Below, piece after piece: positions 52,226 to 64,000 of a stretch of DNA of 64,000 nt. The translations under genes and the position numbers were made by a program. Each line of letters begins with the position of its first letter. Within the stretch, counting starts at the first letter, position 1. The notes below the pieces were generated by a model. It was not told the DNA's origin, did not search any database, and was given only the letters and a program-made list of their open reading frames with translations. Source of the DNA: Glaucostegus cemiculus (Eukaryota); contig CDPCPM010000106.1 of the NCBI GenBank assembly GCA_976551045.1, forward strand, positions 24,490,001-24,554,000, given 5' to 3'.

Positions 52226-52315
52226 TGACAGATTAAAGCAAGTTTCGTCTAAGAATTTCCAATAAAAGGGCACAAAGGGTCTAACAATAAATATAGCCTA
52301 CATCTTTAGTATTAC

Positions 52316-52415
52316 CTTTACTGGGATTTCCTGTTGGTAAAGAATGAAGTTTGTTGTACTCAGGGTTGTGAATCTGTTTGTTCTGAGGCTCTGGGGACTG
52401 GATATAATCTACCAT
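52316..52415 (-). CDS. STPG1: STPG1 first coding portion (MVDYIQSPEPQNKQIHNPEYNKLHSLPTGNPSK-); exon spans 52463..52316
   Basis: Pyrimidine-rich acceptor gattag| at 52463, ATG at 52415 with an in-frame stop upstream, AAG|gtaata donor in phase 1 giving a K-G junction as in the human protein; little sequence conservation. Confidence 0.72.
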
Positions 52416-52526
52416 AATGTTCTTGATGATAGTCAAGGTATTCCAGTCTCAGTCTGTGGACATCTAATCAGACAAAAGCAACAACAGAGGAACTGATTAA
52501 TCTGTTCATGTATTTCAGAACCAATA

Positions 52527-52685
52527 AGATAAGATTTCTTTATTAGTCACATGTACATCGAAAGACACAGTGAAATGCATTTTGCGTAGAGTGTTCTGGG
52601 GGCAGCCCGCAAGTGTCGCCACACTTCTGGCACCAACGTAGCATGCCCACAACTTCCTAATCCATATGTCTTTGGGATGTGGGAA
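52527..52685 (-). mobile_element. 3' half of a V-SINE
   Basis: Reverse complement of about 45190-45350. Confidence 0.8.
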
Positions 52686-55600
52686 TCTTCTAGTGACTTC
52701 TCAATGCTAGTCACCAAGTCTTGCCTGGGGATTTAGGAAGGAAAATAAAGGATTTGTGATATTAGGATTCCTTTCTTCTCCTTACATTTGCTTCCAGTAG
52801 AACAGCATTGGCAGAAGTCTGGCAGAAAATCTTTAAACAAGTTTAACCAAATATCTGAACTAGTGAGCATTGGTGGTAAATAATTAGCCAAGAACAAAAA
52901 TATAATTTTATCACAAAAACTATTTGCACAGACAAGATAGTTCAACAGTGCCCAATTGAGGCTATGAGAGGAAGATACAGTTTTGACCCCACCTCACCAA
53001 TTCATGCGAACAGGTACTAATCCACAGGGAAGGCAAGGAGGTGCCTGAATCATACCTGTGCACCTTCTAACTGGCCAGTTACAGAACTGCACTGTTCCAG
53101 GCCCTTGTAGAAAAATTTACACTGATTAAATTGCAAATAGGGCTTATTTTAAAAATACTGCCTAGTTCCAGCTCACATGTTCCAACTGCATCACCATCAC
53201 AGCCCCCTCCCCACTTCACTAGACTGACCCAACCTCCCTGAGCCCCAATTCAGAACCCTAAGCCAACTCTGCACTCCCCACTCACCGATCTCCCAACACC
53301 AGCCTTCAATCTCCTCGCTTGCACCCAAACCCATTTTATACTGTGAATCCCAAATCCAACAGACATTCTCCACCATTACGTCTGATCTAATTACGCCACA
53401 TTGACTCTCAGGTCTCAATCAACGCTCATCCCATCCTTCCACTTAGAGAGAATATCACCAATCGGTGGACCATCTTCTCTCATAAACCCCCAGATGTGGC
53501 CCCACTCACAGACATGTCTTCTCCTTTCTACTGCACACTCCACAATGATGCAGAGCCTCGGATGCAACTGAACTTAAGTGGTGCCCCAAGACCAAAATAG
53601 TTACGTGCGCAGCAACTTTTTACAACACCTCTGTGGCTATCAATTAGTCTCTGGGCAACTGTGTCTTGAATCTCACATACAGAGTCCCACACATCCATCA
53701 CTGTCTTCATCAGATTCAGAGGCTCTCTGATGAAGGATCTTTGACCTGAAGTTTTAACTGGTTCTCCTTGCACAGATGCTGCCTAGCCTGTTGAGCATTT
53801 CCAACATTTTCAATCTGCATTAAAAATACCACTACAGCATGTGGAACTATTTAGCAGCACTAAAAGAAGTAGATTTTTTTTTAATTCCTTAATTTTCCTT
53901 CCCTTTCAACTCCTGCATCCTATGCCCCACCCTCCTAAGCACACATCCACCCACCCCACATTAAATTGTGTGATAAGTTCCCCCCGCCAACCCAAATTCA
54001 TATCACTTACATGGTTTACATGAGCATCAGGCAAATCTAACCTCTGAAAATCAGTCCTTACTTCAAACCACTGCCTGCAGGTTGCAGCTGCTGTAAATTA
54101 AGACCTATATCTGTGGTGACACCTGTATGCAGGAGTAATAAGGTAACAGGTCTAGATGTCACCAGAAATTGGACCTTAAAGGTACCCTAATCAACCGAAT
54201 ATTCATATTCTTGACAGTGGAAAATTCAAACTGCCTCTGTAAACAACCTCTACTTGGATATAATAACTCCACAGCCCTCTTCAATGGGTAGGTTTTAGGA
54301 GAAGCAAACTAAGTGAAAACATTATAGTATCTTTCCAGAATTGGCAACCCCACCCGGATATATGAAATTTAATCTCTTGATCACTGGCAGGTGCAACTCT
54401 TGAGAAAAAAACGAGGCCAATTTAAAAATTGTTTATCCATTTTGTTCAAAAACTTTGAAGATAGTACTCCCAATCTCCCCTGCTTATTTCAGTCATTCAG
54501 TTTCTCTCAAGCAGAAATATTTAAATTTCATTCAACAAACAGCAGGAAGCCTGAAGCACTGTAAACGTACATCAACCATAAATACAGCAGTCTTCCCACT
54601 ATGGGTCTCTCCCCATATTGTTTTTATCTTTACACACAGGAAATTTATGCTCATGAGGGATTAAGCAGAGAAAAAACATCTTCAAGTTCTTAAGCCTTTC
54701 TAAAATCATAGTGCATTGTGTTGACCTGTGTTGAATATTATTTTCATTCCTGTAAGTACTTTGCATATTGCTTTTAATCCCTGGAATGAGGTAAGTTATG
54801 AAAGCTTTCAGTTTCTTAGCTGAGGAAAAGTAATGTTCACCTTGTCAGGGCAATTACACACTTTGACTAAATCTACGTTGCTACTGAGCCAGTTTTGGAT
54901 CCCACCTGGCACAATCTCCTGATCCCATGGGTTTTTGTTTTCATGATCAGACTTTTTTATGGGACTTTGTCAAAAACGCCTACATCAAATGTGCTGCCAT
55001 TATCAATCTCCCCTACTATCACCTTAAAAAAGATCCAACTTTGTTTAAGGTACAATTTACAAACCACTGGTGTTTGGTGATCGGCTAGTATTTAAAACTA
55101 ATTTGCTTTCTAACTTTCCCAGTTGATGAAGGGTCTTCAGCCTGAAACGCTAACTCCTTCCACAGATGCGGCCAAATCTGCTGAGTGTTTCCTACATATT
55201 TTGCTTTTATTATCAATTAAATTTACTTTATATCAAATAAATATTACTTCTTAAGAGACAATTATATTCCTATACTGAAAGGTTCTAAACATAAAATAGT
55301 ATTAAAGCATTAATGGTGAGAATATTCAGACCAAGCTCCAGGGACAGACACTTTGTTCAAAGCAAGAGATTGCCGGAGACAGAGGAAATGATTCAAGGAT
55401 TCCTGTAAGTCGTCTTAGTAAAAGTTAACATCCATGGCCAAAGACCATTCAAAATGAAACAAAAAACCTCGAGTCCATGCATCAGGAACACATGGAAGCC
55501 CAGTAAAAACCATGATAGAGCACCCAATCCTCCAAACAGCCCACACATCCACCCCATCAAGCACCTGAGGCAGAATTTGCAGTTCCCACAGTGGCCTCAT

Positions 55601-55756
55601 CAGCCCTCTCATTACCCACAGAACTGGTGTAAAAGCAAATCATTCTCAATCCTGACGGACTGCCTGAGAAGAAAAGTGACGAAGCTTCTACATCAAAAGA
55701 AGATGAAAGAGTTACAATTATTTTGGTTGGCTCATTAAAAACCATTTCATCATATT

Positions 55757-56027
55757 ATTAAGGTGCTGGGGAGTAGATATAGAGGAGACATCAGGGGTAC
55801 ATTTTTTACTCAGAGAGTGGTGAGTGCGTGGAATGGGCTGCCGGAAGCAGTGGTGGAGGCGGATATGATAGGGTCTTTCAAGAGACTGTTAGATAGGTAC
55901 ATGGAACTGAGTGGAGTAGAGGGCTATGGGTAAGCCATGTAATTTCTAGTGTTGGGACATGTTCGGCACAGCTTTGTGGGCCGAAGGACCTGAATTCTGA
56001 TGTAGTTTTCTATGTTCTATGTTCTAT
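55757..56027 (+). mobile_element. CR1-type LINE 3' end
   Basis: FFTQRVVSAWNGLP coding remnant; (ttctatg)n tail. Confidence 0.85.
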
Positions 56028-56714
56028 ATGCACTTAGTCGTATTATTTTTGCTGCAACAGTCACCAGGAGAGTGCATACCACAAGAGGGAGCAAGATATC
56101 CAACACCCTCCCCCCATCCCAAAGCATTCAGGACATTGACTAGCTTACAAATAAAGGGCTTGGCACGTGCCTTTACTCTTTCTCAAGACAGATCAATGTA
56201 ACCAAGATGGTAGCTAATAGTGAGCTGGAGAACTTAAGGCAAGAACTACTATGAGCAGCAGTTTTTTGGGTAAATTATTAAGTTCAATGGTATGGTTGAA
56301 GGAGTCAGTGTCAGTGAGGAACTGGAGCATTGATCAGATAAAATAATTAGGCTGAGATAGAGAAGTCATAAAATAAAAAATAACTGAAGAGGAGTCAGTT
56401 CCCCAGCAATTGACATCATCAGTGGCCATAACAGGAGGACATGGGCCTGAACTTTAAACCCAGCTGAGCACTGTGAATGTCTCCAATTAAAATCTTGAAT
56501 CATTGCTTGCAAAATCAGAATACTACAGGTGCTGGAAATTTTCAAATAAAAGCAGAAAAGAAAGGAAATTCTCAGCAGGTTACATACTGTGGAGAAAGAA
56601 GCAGTTATCACTTCAGGCCAGTGACCTTTTATCAGAACAGAATTATTATTTACAGCTTAAAAAATAATAATTTTAGAAAATTAAATTTAAAAAGTTTCAA
56701 TTTGATTTTGAATT

Positions 56715-57910
56715 TAATTTGAGTTTTTTGAAGAAGTAACCAAGAAGGTCAATGAGGACAGGGCAGTAGACATAGTCCATGTGGACTTCAGTAAGACCTT
56801 TAAAAAGGTTCCACGTGGTAGGCTGCTATGGAACATTAGATCACGCGGGATCCAGGGAAAGCAATCCAATCAGATACACAATTGGCTTAATGGTAGGAAG
56901 CAGAGGGTGATGGTGAAAGGCTTTTTTTGGACTGGAGGCCCACACCTAGTGGTGTTCCTTGGGGGTCGGTGCTAGGCACATTACTATTTGTCATCCATAT
57001 CAACGTATGAGAAAGTAAAGGCATGGTTAGTAAGTTTGCGGATGACACTAAACTAGGTGGTGCTGTTGATAATGAAGATGGTTATCAGGATTTACAGAGG
57101 GATCTTGATCAGCTGGGTAAGTGGGCCAAGGAATGGCAAATGGAGTTTAATTCAGATAAGTGCGAGGAGTTGCATTTTGGGAAGGCAAATGAGGGTAGGA
57201 CTTTCACGGTCAATGGTAGGGACCTGGGGAGTGTTGTAGAACAAAGGGACCTAGGAGTACAAGTGCATGGTTCCCTGAGAGCGGCACTGCAGGTAAACAG
57301 GGTGGTGAAGAAAGCTTTTGACATACTGGCCTTCATCAGTCAGGGCACTGAGTATAGAAGTTGAGATGTTATGTTGCAGTTGTACAAGACATACATGAGG
57401 CTACATTTGGAATATTTTGTTCAGTTTTGTTCACCCTACTGTAGGAAAGATGCCATTAAGCTTAAAAGAGTGCAAGGGAGATTTACAAAGATGTTGCCAG
57501 GACTTGAAAGATTGAGTTATGGAGGGAGGTTGAGAAGGTTGGGACTTTTTCATTGGAGCGTAGAGGAATGAGAGGTGATCTTATTGAGGGGATCATGTGG
57601 GGCATAGATAGTATGCACAGTCTTTTTCAGAGTTGGGGATTCAAGAACTAAAGGGCAAAGGTTTGTGAGAAGGGAGAGATTTAATAAGAGCCCCAGGGGC
57701 AACTTCTTCACCCAGAGGATGGACAGTATATGGAATGAGCTGCCAAAGGAAGTGGCTGAGGCAGGTACATTAGCAACCTGGATAGGAAAGGCTCAGAAGG
57801 AAATGGGCCAAATGTGGGCAAAATGGGACTAAGTCAGATGGGAATTTTGGTTGGCAGGTAGCAGTTGGGCTGAAGGGCCCATTTCCATGCCGTATGATTC
57901 TAGGACTCTT
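56715..57910 (+). mobile_element. CR1-type LINE, 3' 1.2 kb
   Basis: DFSKTF.KVP.GRL; [11 protein letters not shown]; WQMEFN.DKC; QRDLGVQV; LEYFVQF. Confidence 0.92.
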
Positions 57911-58356
57911 TTAGATCTAAACAATAATTCAAACCAGAGAAATTAAACAGTAAGCAAGAGAAATACTATTATTTTTATACATAAAAATAGAAATTCTATA
58001 GGAATCTTTAAATAAAAACATGATTTTACCTTAACCAAGGTGTTGCTCAAGTGATTTTAACCAGAATGGCAAATATGTCATTTCTTCCTGGTTAATACCA
58101 ATCTCAGCTCAGAGTAAAAGTAAGGGAGAGAAGTTGGATTGGAATGGCCTCAGAGTAAACAGGACACAGGAAACAATCCCTCCATGGGCATGACAGAAGC
58201 CTAATCCAAATTCCCCCTCTCGTTTAAATTAGACCAGTGCACCTCCTCTGGCAGATTGCTAAGTAAATGGGCATTAATTTGGTAAAAGCCCTCAGTGAGA
58301 TTCTGGCGAGGGATTGGTGGGGTAAATCAATTGCAACAGAGTCAAGAAGTGGCTAC

Positions 58357-59164
58357 TGTTACGAAGTACTTACTACCGGCAAATATCCCTTTAAGATGGG
58401 ACATTGTGTGTGTGTGTGCAATGTATTACGTCAACAGAAGATAAGATGAACGTGATGAGGTCATTACAAGAAAGACAAACAGACGGAGAGAGAGAAGAAG
58501 GAGAGACGGCAGCCTGTTTTGTTTCTGTCGATGGATGAAGGACAGTAACTGTGTTTGTCACTAAAATCTGTGGATGGATTTCTGGAGTAGTCCAATGGAG
58601 TCCACTTTGTCAGTAACCTGTAGAGGAACACAGGTGTTTGCATGGATAACCACATTTTGGATGCTCTTCAGAGTGGCAGATACTGTGGAACAAAGTGACA
58701 GAATTCACTTTGCTGCTAACCTGTAGAAGAACACAGGTATTTGCATGGACAGTCACGATCCAGGAGTTGTCGGGGTGAGAAAGTCACTACCAAGTAAGCC
58801 CTGAAGTGTCGTTTGAGTTTTAAGTGGAACATTCAGACTCATGATTCCTCTCTAAGTTCTCTCCATATCTATGTTTTGTCTTCAGTGGACAGTGCTTGTG
58901 AAGAAGCCTTTATTCGTGTTTCATCTTACGGCTTATTGAACTGAACTTTAAGAACCAATTCCTGGACTTGGAGGTTAGGAATTTGCCACACACACACGAC
59001 GAGTAGTATTTGGGGTTATAATTTAAGATTCTAATATTTTGTTTTGTACTAATATACTAACCTTTTGTTCTTATTTTACGTATTATCGGAAGTAGTTATT
59101 AATAAAGTAGTTTTAACACTGAAGTACGACTTGGTGTGCTTCTTTTGTTGCTGGTTTCGTAACA
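58357..59164 (+). mobile_element. Solo LTR of the same Gmr1-like family in STPG1 intron 1
   Basis: TGTTACGAA...TTCGTAACA, 808 bp, TSD CTAC (58353-58356 and 59165-59168). Confidence 0.95.
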
Positions 59165-59621
59165 CTACTGGTGGTCTTGGGGCTGATGTGGAGCCAGGAA
59201 GAGGCTTCATTTACATTCATGCACATATTTATTCACAATTCTTACATCTCCATTGGCAGTGATCAGTGGAACCAATTGCATTCTGGGGAGTCTGATTTAC
59301 AGAAGGACCCTTATACAACCTGAGGCTCCTCCTTTCTATATTCAGTTGGTCTAATACCTGGACGTGCAAGCTGTTGCCCTGCTAACAGAGTGGGTGATCC
59401 ACTTCTGATATGTAATTCACTTCCTTGCGCTTGTCACCAATCTGGGTGCTGAGATTTACTGTCATGTGATTTTGCTGAGTGCAATTTGGCCACCACAACA
59501 GAAAATAGTTACAATTATTACAGAGACCAAGGAAAACTATACAACATGTCTTTTTTCCCAAGAAAAAACATTAAATTGAATATAAGTTTTAAAGGCTAGA
59601 AAATGGATTTTCTTTTCCATT

Positions 59622-59872
59622 GGGGCGGCACGATAGCTTAGAGGTTAGTACGAAGCTGTTACAGCGGCAGCGATCGGAGTTCGATTCCTGTCGCTGTCTG
59701 TAAGGAGCTTGTACGTTCTCCCATGTCTGCGTGAGTTTCCTCCGGGTGCTCCGGTTTCCTCCCACATTCTAAAGGACGTACAGGTAGGTTAATTTGGGGG
59801 TTTAAAATGGGCAGCGCGGACTTGTTGGGCCGAAACGGCCTGTTACCACGCTGTGAATAAAATTTTAAATTT
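59622..59872 (+). mobile_element. tRNA-derived V-SINE (HE1-like)
   Basis: A-box-like head, B box GTTCGATTCC, V core ctccgggtgctccggtttcctcccaca, CR1-like tail. Confidence 0.88.
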
Positions 59873-61744
59873 TATTTTGGTCTCCCTCTATCACACACAA
59901 GCCAACAGGAGAGCTGCACAGAAAGATGCTTGGTGGCTTGAGGGAACAGTCCCTCTAGTTTTCCTTGTCTTCTTGTGTTAAATGCACAGCCTCACTGCAA
60001 TCTCCTCCTCCACCACAACACCCACTAGCATCATGCTGAGCCTCCATCCAATTTGAATCAGCAATGAAGACTGCCAACATTTTGCCATTGTGTTAGCATC
60101 CTACCTTCAGTTATTAATAAAGTAATTCTTGTAGAAAATATCACTCTACAAATTTAGTTGCACACACGTGATCCACAGGCAAGACTGGGGAACTACCCAA
60201 CCACATTCCAAGCCTTGGAGTCTGGCACTCAGAATCGTCCACAGGTAAGTCCTGTTTAAGTTCTCATCTTTCAAATCTGCCATGGGACTCACAAGACTAT
60301 ATTTCAGCCTGATCGTGACCCTAAACCTCACCATCCCCTTGATGACCTTGACCATCCCCTTGCTCTAACCAGCAACCCATTATTAAAGATTTGATTCCAA
60401 ACCCCCCCAGCACACTGAACAAGGATCTGTTGAGCCCACTCTTGGGTTTCTGTCCACTATTACACAACACATCCCACCTCCCACTGATTTGTTCATGACA
60501 CAGAAGTTATTCAAGTTCCTCTGATTCGTCTACCATTGGAGAATGAGCAGGGAGAGGCATACTTTCTATGGAAGCCCTGTTCAACCGCAATGAAGCTTTG
60601 GAAAATGAAGTTTGCAGCCACAGACCCACATATAAAACATGCATTAACCAACTGCAGTTTGCCAATTTAATGTGCCTTCACCAACATGAAGACCATCAAC
60701 ACTTTTTTTTCTAAAGCAAATTGATACCTTACTTCACTGAAGGCAAAATTTAGACCATGGTAACCTAGTTTGGTCCGATTCCAACAAGGCATGAACTAAA
60801 TTGCTATGACTTTGTGTCTGATTTCAATCTCTCGGCTGTAGAAAGGGCTGAACTGAAAGGTATTGTTAGGTATTTCATAAAAACTTGGATCAATAAAAGA
60901 TGTCACTTTAGTTGCTGCATTCTCTAGAGAGTGACAATAAAACAGTGTTGGTGAACAGTCATTGTGTGTGGGTCAATACTGTGGACTATAGACGTTGGAT
61001 GATAGATGAGAGTGTGGAATAATAACAATGGGTGTGAGTAGCCGGCAGATGAAATGTACCATTGCATTGCAGCTAACATTCACAAAGCAATTTCATATCT
61101 TTTTTTCACACTTAAGATCTGCAGTTTTAAAAGCTGCTGTATTACAATAATATTACCATTGCTTTATCAACACATTCTACATCAAATGTTGGAACTATGA
61201 TAGCTCTGGGCTAAGATAATAAACTAATACAAAAGAGTGAGCTTCATTAAAAAATACACTTTACTTGTCAGGAGTAATTAGCTGATGAATGCAAAAAACA
61301 ACTAAAAGAAAGGGGTGGGGGTACCTGGAACCTCTCCAATTCCTGTATTTTTTCTATAAAATGAAACATTATTTTAAGATAAATAATCAAAGAATTCAGA
61401 ATAAATTGAAGTGAAAAATTACAGGCAAATCCAAATGAAGTTACTTGTACCTTTTAGCCAGTTCAAAATGTGTAATAAAAACAGAAAATGCTGAAAATAA
61501 CATTACCTGCACAAATGCTGCCTGACCAGCTTAGTAATTCCAGCATTTTCTTTTTTTTATTATAACATCTGGAGTTATTTGTTTTCAGATTAAAATGTGT
61601 TACTAAGCAGTCCAAACAGATGCACATAGAAACTGAAAAAGGCACAACCTGATTTGAAAGCCACGTTATCAAGGATTGGTTTCACTAAGTTGGGTGAAAT
61701 AAATCAGAAGTAAATTGATTGTGAGCTTCATAAAATTTCACCAA

Positions 61745-62092
61745 GCATCTGTACAAAATTATAAGAGGCAATGATAGGTTAGGTAGCGAAAGTCTGTTTC
61801 CCATGGCAAGGGTGTCTAAAACTGGAGGGCATAGGGTTAAGATGAGGCAGAGGATCCAAGGGGTAAATTTTTTGCGCAAAGAGTAGTTGGTATCTGGAAT
61901 GAGCTGCCAGAGGAGGTGGTGGAGGCAGGAACAGTAACAACATTTATGAGGGATCTGGATGGGTCCTTGAATGAGCAAGGCTTAATGGGTATGGAATTAA
62001 TGCAGGCAAGTGCAATTAGTATAGTCATGATGGTCAGTATAGATGTGGCTGGCCAAATGGCCTATTTGCATGCCGTACAACTCAATAACTCT
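61745..62092 (+). mobile_element. CR1-type LINE 3' end
   Basis: GVSKTGGHR..VVGIWNELPEEVVEAGT remnant plus tail. Confidence 0.8.
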
Positions 62093-63239
62093 ATGAGGTG
62101 GACCCTAAATCATAAGGCATATTCAGCCTTTTTGATGGAGATACATATTCAGTCAAATTCTGTTTGTGACACATTTTTATCTCCTTTGCAATGTGGTTTT
62201 AATGAATATAACTTCATCTCGTTTAAAACCATGTTGCAAATGAAGCTTATATTCAATGAATATAACCTTCATAGAAACAATTACTGGTATTTCCTCTGCC
62301 GGTTTGTCAATAAAATGAAATAACACCACAGATTAGAATCAGGTTATTCTAGCCCTTAAAAATCACTGGAAGCATGCAAGGAAGAATATCCCAGGGAGTA
62401 CTCCACTGAACGATTGCAAACCCTCTCTGCCAGCGCTTCCACATCTACCAGCCATGTCCCCAAAACAACAAATTTCACGTCATCTAAGTCAGTGATAATA
62501 AATCTGATTCTGGTTCCTCTCCAGCCAAAACAGGAGGTCAGATTCAATGCCCGTCTTGACCAATACCATTTTGATGAGCAGGGATCAAAAGAGTGAATGG
62601 AATACTGAAATATTTAATCAAAATAGTATAAGGCATGTCAAAGGATTCGCCATCAATTAGCAGAGTATTCTGGTGAAATTTTGACGACCACCGTCACTGA
62701 GAAACAAGAGAGATAGAATAGACCAATATGAATGCTCCTGAGTATTAGGGCACCCATGGGTGTAATGAATGCTCTAGTTGTGCACCCCTGAGTATACAGT
62801 TAAGCAGAAACAGGTTAGGCCACTGCTTCAAGACTATTTGGGAACACCAGGTTCAGCAGGCAATGGCTCACTAGGTCAAGGTATACATCTTCAAAGCATT
62901 AAGAGGTAACATGCAGACTGATGTGGGGAGAGTGACCAGCTTGTGTTAGGGGGAGGACAAGCGAAGGCAATTTTAAAAAAACAGCAGGAAGCACCAGCGG
63001 TGGATGAAGTAAAATGGGCCGTAAAATTCACCATTCTTGTTATCTTATGACCAATGCCTACAGAAAAAGGTGGGCAAGGAACTGGTAAAAAAAATGGACG
63101 GCATACACGTTAAAACTTTATTTGTTCTACTTTCTAGCGGGGTTACCAAGTTTACATAAAACTACAGTGATGAATTCCCAATTAACTAATTTTCCATTCC
63201 CTGGACATTTTTAATCGCCAAGCGTTTTTTTAGTGAAAG

Positions 63240-63515
63240 AAATCGACCTTCTGCTCACATGAACGGCTGGGGCTGCTAATGCTGACGGGCAGCCGGCTGC
63301 AGAGCCTGCCAACCATTGTCCCGAACCCATCCGATCGCCCGGACTTCTCCTTACCCGTTGCTCGGCCGAACTCTGCCTCATTTCTGGGCACCAGAGACTT
63401 GTTTATACTCGTCTCCAAGGCAACGGCGCCGCCGAGCCGCCTCCCGTTCCATTCCATTCAGAAATACCTTCTTCCGCCAATGGGAGAAGCGCCTTACCGG
63501 CTCCGCCAATCAAAT
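63240..63515 (-). promoter_or_regulatory. CpG-rich promoter and probable exon 1 of STPG1 (donor CGG|gtaagg at 63355), with RFX X-box and two CCAAT boxes
   Basis: The clearest non-repeat CpG-dense patch in the window; GTTGCCTTGGAGAC on - at 63411-63424; TCCGCCAAT twice (CCAAT at 63477 and 63506); strong - strand donor. Confidence 0.7.
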
Positions 63516-64000
63516 GTTGCACATGGGACAAGGTTCTTGCTGCCAAATATTATGGAGTATGGAATAGATCAGCTTCGATTACAATTGCACAGAATAAGCT
63601 TCTACTTACATTGTAATCATCCAATGATGAAACAATGAGGCCATTCGCTCCGTTGTGCATATGCTTGCTTCTTGGCAGAGCTACCTAATTATTCCACACA
63701 GTCCTTTCAGTGTCCTCCCTTCAAGTATTTGTCCAGCTCCCCCTTGAAAGTTCCACCTGCCTTTCAGGCGGTGCATGACAGATAACATCAGTTTGTTCCA
63801 TAATCCAAAAAAGTTTCATTGAGTAACACCATTGTATAGCATAGAAACAGGCCCTTCAACACACCACAGAAGGAAATACCATTAACTGATTTCTTGAAGG
63901 TTATATTCATTGAATATAACCTTTGACTGAATATGTATCTCCATCAAAAATGCTGAATATACCGAATGACTTAGGGTCCACCACATAGACTCACGGAGTT

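Noticed and set aside
59622-59690. tRNA-like A and B boxes
   Set aside because: This is the head of a V-SINE, not a cloverleaf tRNA gene.
60727-60835. Possible extra STPG1 exon on - with an ATG and a partial X-box (GTTACCATGGTCTA)
   Set aside because: The available donors give phase 0 or 2, not the phase 1 needed, and the X-box has only one good half. A non-coding cassette exon cannot be excluded.

Overview
Vertebrate genomic DNA. The repeat content (V-domain tRNA-SINEs, CR1-type LINE tails, palindromic Penelope-like repeats) suggests a cartilaginous fish; this is an inference. Two convergent spliced genes were rebuilt by hand with consistent GT-AG sites and phases. On the + strand are six 3' coding exons of GRHL3 (2995..15635; one small exon is not firmly located). 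On the - strand is a complete STPG1/MAPO2 gene (8 coding exons, 52415..21822, 353 aa; CpG-rich promoter and exon 1 with an RFX X-box near 63.4 kb). STPG1 intron 3 holds a defective Gmr1-clade Gypsy LTR retrotransposon (34093..42046, TSD TAAG, tRNA-Pro PBS, SCAN-like Gag, PR-IN-RT-RH order). The most unusual structure is inside it. A fold-back unit made only of LTR sequence, with two LEFT LTR ends and its own CCGA duplication, appears to have inserted into pol. Part of it was then copied in inverted orientation into the 5' LTR, leaving that LTR chimeric. A solo LTR of the same family lies in intron 1. Most short ORFs in the supplied track are spurious.
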